In this document: in pieces, positions 61,935 to 64,000 of the stretch
Numbering within the stretch: position 1 is the first letter of the stretch
Layout: every line of letters starts with the position of its first letter
DNA from: Bacteroidia bacterium
Lineage (GTDB): Bacteria; Bacteroidota; Bacteroidia; B-17B0; Aurantibacillaceae
Direction: 5' to 3'
Assembly: GCA_035429925.1 (NCBI GenBank)
Contig: DAOMFS010000005.1
Coordinates: forward strand, 15,904 to 79,903
Length of the DNA stretch: 64,000 nucleotides
Position numbers and translations under genes: made by a program
The notes under the pieces: generated by a model
Database searches by the model: none
What the model was told of the DNA's origin: nothing
What the model saw: the letters and a program-made list of their open reading frames with translations, nothing else

Positions 61935-64000
61935 GTGAGCAGAACGATCAAGATAAGCCTGCTGATTCTGTACTGCTCTGGTTGGATGCATGCCCAGTAT
62001 CAGGTCAGAAATTTCTTTAATCTTACCGGTAAAAAAGATGTACCAGTGAATGTAATTACCCAGGATCAGAATGGGTATCTCTGGCTGGGTACATATGAAG
62101 GTGTTTATCGCTTTGATGGCATATCATCCGAAAATCCGTATAAACACATCAAGGCCCTTCAGGGAGAAGTATCAGCACTTTTTGTCGACAGCAAGAATAT
62201 GATCTGGATAGGCCTGCGTAATGGAAAGGTATACCGTTGCAGAGGTGACCAGGTTGACACCATGAGACTGGGCAAAGTGCCTAACACAAGTAAAATCACT
62301 TCTTTCTGTGAACTTCGAAACAAGGTGATTATTAGCACATATGGGAATGGCATCTACCTGACGGAAAAGGATTCCATGATGAGATTCGGCATTGAGCAGG
62401 GCCTGAGTGATAATGTGGTTTATAAGTGCGTCAGTGATAAGCAGAACAGAATATGGTGCGCCAGTGATGCAGGAATCACGGAGATGAAATTTTCAGGGAA
62501 AGGAATTACATGGAAAGTGATATCCAACAAAATGGGCCTACCTGATAATATTGTCAGGGATCTGGAGCTCAACCAAAACGAACTAACCATTGCCATGCAG
62601 GACTCCGGGGTGTGTTATTATGATCTTGAGCATGCCATCTTTAAACGCAAAACCTTTTTCAATGAATGGACTTTGGGCCCTGTTTTGAATGTCTTCACTT
62701 ATCCGCCGGGACGAACCATCATTGCAACGGAGAGCAAGGGCTTGCTCCTGGTGCAGAATTCCAGTCTGCATATATTCAATTACACAAACCAGACACAGGG
62801 GAGCAGCATCAATCAGGCTTTCCTTGACAGGGAAAACCAGATCTGGCTGGCCTGCAAAAAAGGAATCTGTCACATCAGTGAAAAACGTCACCAGTTGATT
62901 GGCCAGAAAGAAGGATTGATGAATGATAAAGTTCTTGCTCTGGCTATCGACAACGATCAGTCGGTGTGGATAGGCAGTTCAGCCGGTGTTACCAAAGTGA
63001 TGAAAAATGAAACGGGTGATCTGGTGATAAAGGATTTAGATGATCTCCGAAAATACAGCATCACCTGCGCCACCAAGGCACCTGATGGAGACATCTGGTT
63101 TGGCACATATGGCCAGGGCATTATCGTGCTCAACACAAAAACTGATAATTCTGTAATCATCAACACCAAAGAAGACCGTATTTCAGACAACAACATCAGT
63201 CACATCTACTTTCAGGACGGACACACGCTTTTTATTTCCACCCTGGGTGGAGGGCTTATAAAAGCCACTGTTGATCTGGAAGGCGAATACAAATTGTTTA
63301 ACGTAGACAAAGTATACAGTGAAGGAAGTGGTTTAGGAAGCAACTATGTGTATTCATCCGTGACAGACAGCAATGGGGTTCTGTTTACGGCAAGTGACGG
63401 CGGAGGCCTTCAGATGCTTCAAAAAAACAAATTTATTGACCTTGACAAAAGCAAAACAGGCTCTTCCACCGCCTTCAGCCTGTGCCGCGATGCGCTGAAT
63501 CAGATCTGGGCGATCAGCAGTGAAGACGGGATCCTATGCTACAACGGGAAAACACTGCAGAAACTGAGTCTTTCAGAAGGCTTGAGAGATCAGCAACCGC
63601 AACAAATCATTGCTTCCGGTGAGCATGTGTACAGCATACACAGCAAGGGCATTGACAAGATCAACATCAGAACAAAACTTGTTACCTATTTGGATCTGGG
63701 TGCGGAAGATCTTGAACCGAATCTTAACGCTGTTGAGCAAAACAGAAATCACCTGTATTCAGGTACCGGCAGCGGCTTGCTGGTTGTGAGAATTGGCGTG
63801 ATGCGAAGCGATTCCATTGCGCCACTTGTGCATTTGAAAAGCGCTAAACTGAATTACAAACCTTTCAACTTTGACTCTTTGTCGGAGTTCCGCTACAACC
63901 AGAATAATTTCGGATTCGGTTTTGGTGGAATTTGGCTGAAGAACCCAGATAAATTACGTTACCGTTACAGGCTACACGGTTTTGATGAGAACTGGAATTA
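61935..64000 (+). CDS. sensor protein N-terminal region: two-component-regulator beta-propeller repeats plus Y_Y_Y domain; 3' end cut by window edge
   Basis: Frame 3 is open from GTG 61935 to the window end; it is absent from the ORF track because it has no stop. Signal-like VSRTIKISLLILYCSGW. Repeated propeller motifs (NGYLWLGTYEGVYRFDG, NMIWIGLRNGKVYR, QIWLACKKGICHI, SVWIGSSAGVTKV, DIWFGTYGQGIIVL) and a terminal LRYRYRLHGFDENWN (Y_Y_Y). Confidence 0.7.
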   Translation, partial: MSRTIKISLLILYCSGWMHAQYQVRNFFNLTGKKDVPVNVITQDQNGYLWLGTYEGVYRFDGISSENPYKHIKALQGEVSALFVDSKNMIWIGLRNGKVYRCRGDQVDTMRLGKVPNTSKITSFCELRNKVIISTYGNGIYLTEKDSMMRFGIEQGLSDNVVYKCVSDKQNRIWCASDAGITEMKFSGKGITWKVISNKMGLPDNIVRDLELNQNELTIAMQDSGVCYYDLEHAIFKRKTFFNEWTLGPVLNVFTYPPGRTIIATESKGLLLVQNSSLHIFNYTNQTQGSSINQAFLDRENQIWLACKKGICHISEKRHQLIGQKEGLMNDKVLALAIDNDQSVWIGSSAGVTKVMKNETGDLVIKDLDDLRKYSITCATKAPDGDIWFGTYGQGIIVLNTKTDNSVIINTKEDRISDNNISHIYFQDGHTLFISTLGGGLIKATVDLEGEYKLFNVDKVYSEGSGLGSNYVYSSVTDSNGVLFTASDGGGLQMLQKNKFIDLDKSKTGSSTAFSLCRDALNQIWAISSEDGILCYNGKTLQKLSLSEGLRDQQPQQIIASGEHVYSIHSKGIDKINIRTKLVTYLDLGAEDLEPNLNAVEQNRNHLYSGTGSGLLVVRIGVMRSDSIAPLVHLKSAKLNYKPFNFDSLSEFRYNQNNFGFGFGGIWLKNPDKLRYRYRLHGFDENWN

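Noticed and set aside
1-64000. Defence islands, prophage, transposons, toxin-antitoxin pairs or biosynthetic gene clusters.
   Set aside because: Reading all ORFs of 60 aa or more on both strands, I found no integrase, transposase, capsid/terminase, restriction-modification, Cas, abortive-infection ATPase/nuclease, or PKS/NRPS-like sequence.

Overview
This 64-kb segment looks like Bacteroidota chromosome. Six ORFs end in T9SS Por_Secre_tail-like C-terminal domains, and there is a PorV-like/PorU-like pair, a GldI-like FKBP lipoprotein, BshA, and TonB-dependent receptors with CarboxypepD_reg-like N-termini. It is gene-dense: about 50 CDS (a CDS is cut at each window edge), one tRNA-Asp(GTC) and several clear rho-independent terminators. 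I saw no rRNA, CRISPR array, transposase, integrase, prophage or recognisable defence genes. Most of it is core chromosome (prfA, arfB, nth, queE, bshA, apaG, yidD, an RluA-family synthase, a DEAD-box helicase, comEC, PLP enzymes) interleaved with cell-surface and secretion genes. Items worth a second look: (1) a translationally coupled PorV-like / very large PorU-like C25 peptidase pair, possibly a second T9SS sorting module; (2) two tandem paralogous T9SS cargo proteins with extreme polyglycine N-terminal domains; (3) a histone-H1-like Lys/Ala tail fused to a Bcp peroxiredoxin next to endonuclease III; (4) a 2.75-copy ~142-nt tandem repeat full of hairpins just after tRNA-Asp; (5) an MbnP-like/MbnH-like di-haem pair divergent from a beta-barrel plus cytochrome-like lipoprotein pair, with a 20-bp perfect palindrome between them; (6) a second MbnP-like paralog followed by a thioredoxin-fold protein lacking CXXC; (7) four consecutive PPIase genes, one a cyclophilin-FKBP fusion; (8) a DtxR-family regulator with a degenerate primary metal site and a candidate shared operator with a TonB-dependent receptor; (9) a probably frameshifted collagen-like gene. 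All functional calls rest on motif recognition by eye, with no database search run.
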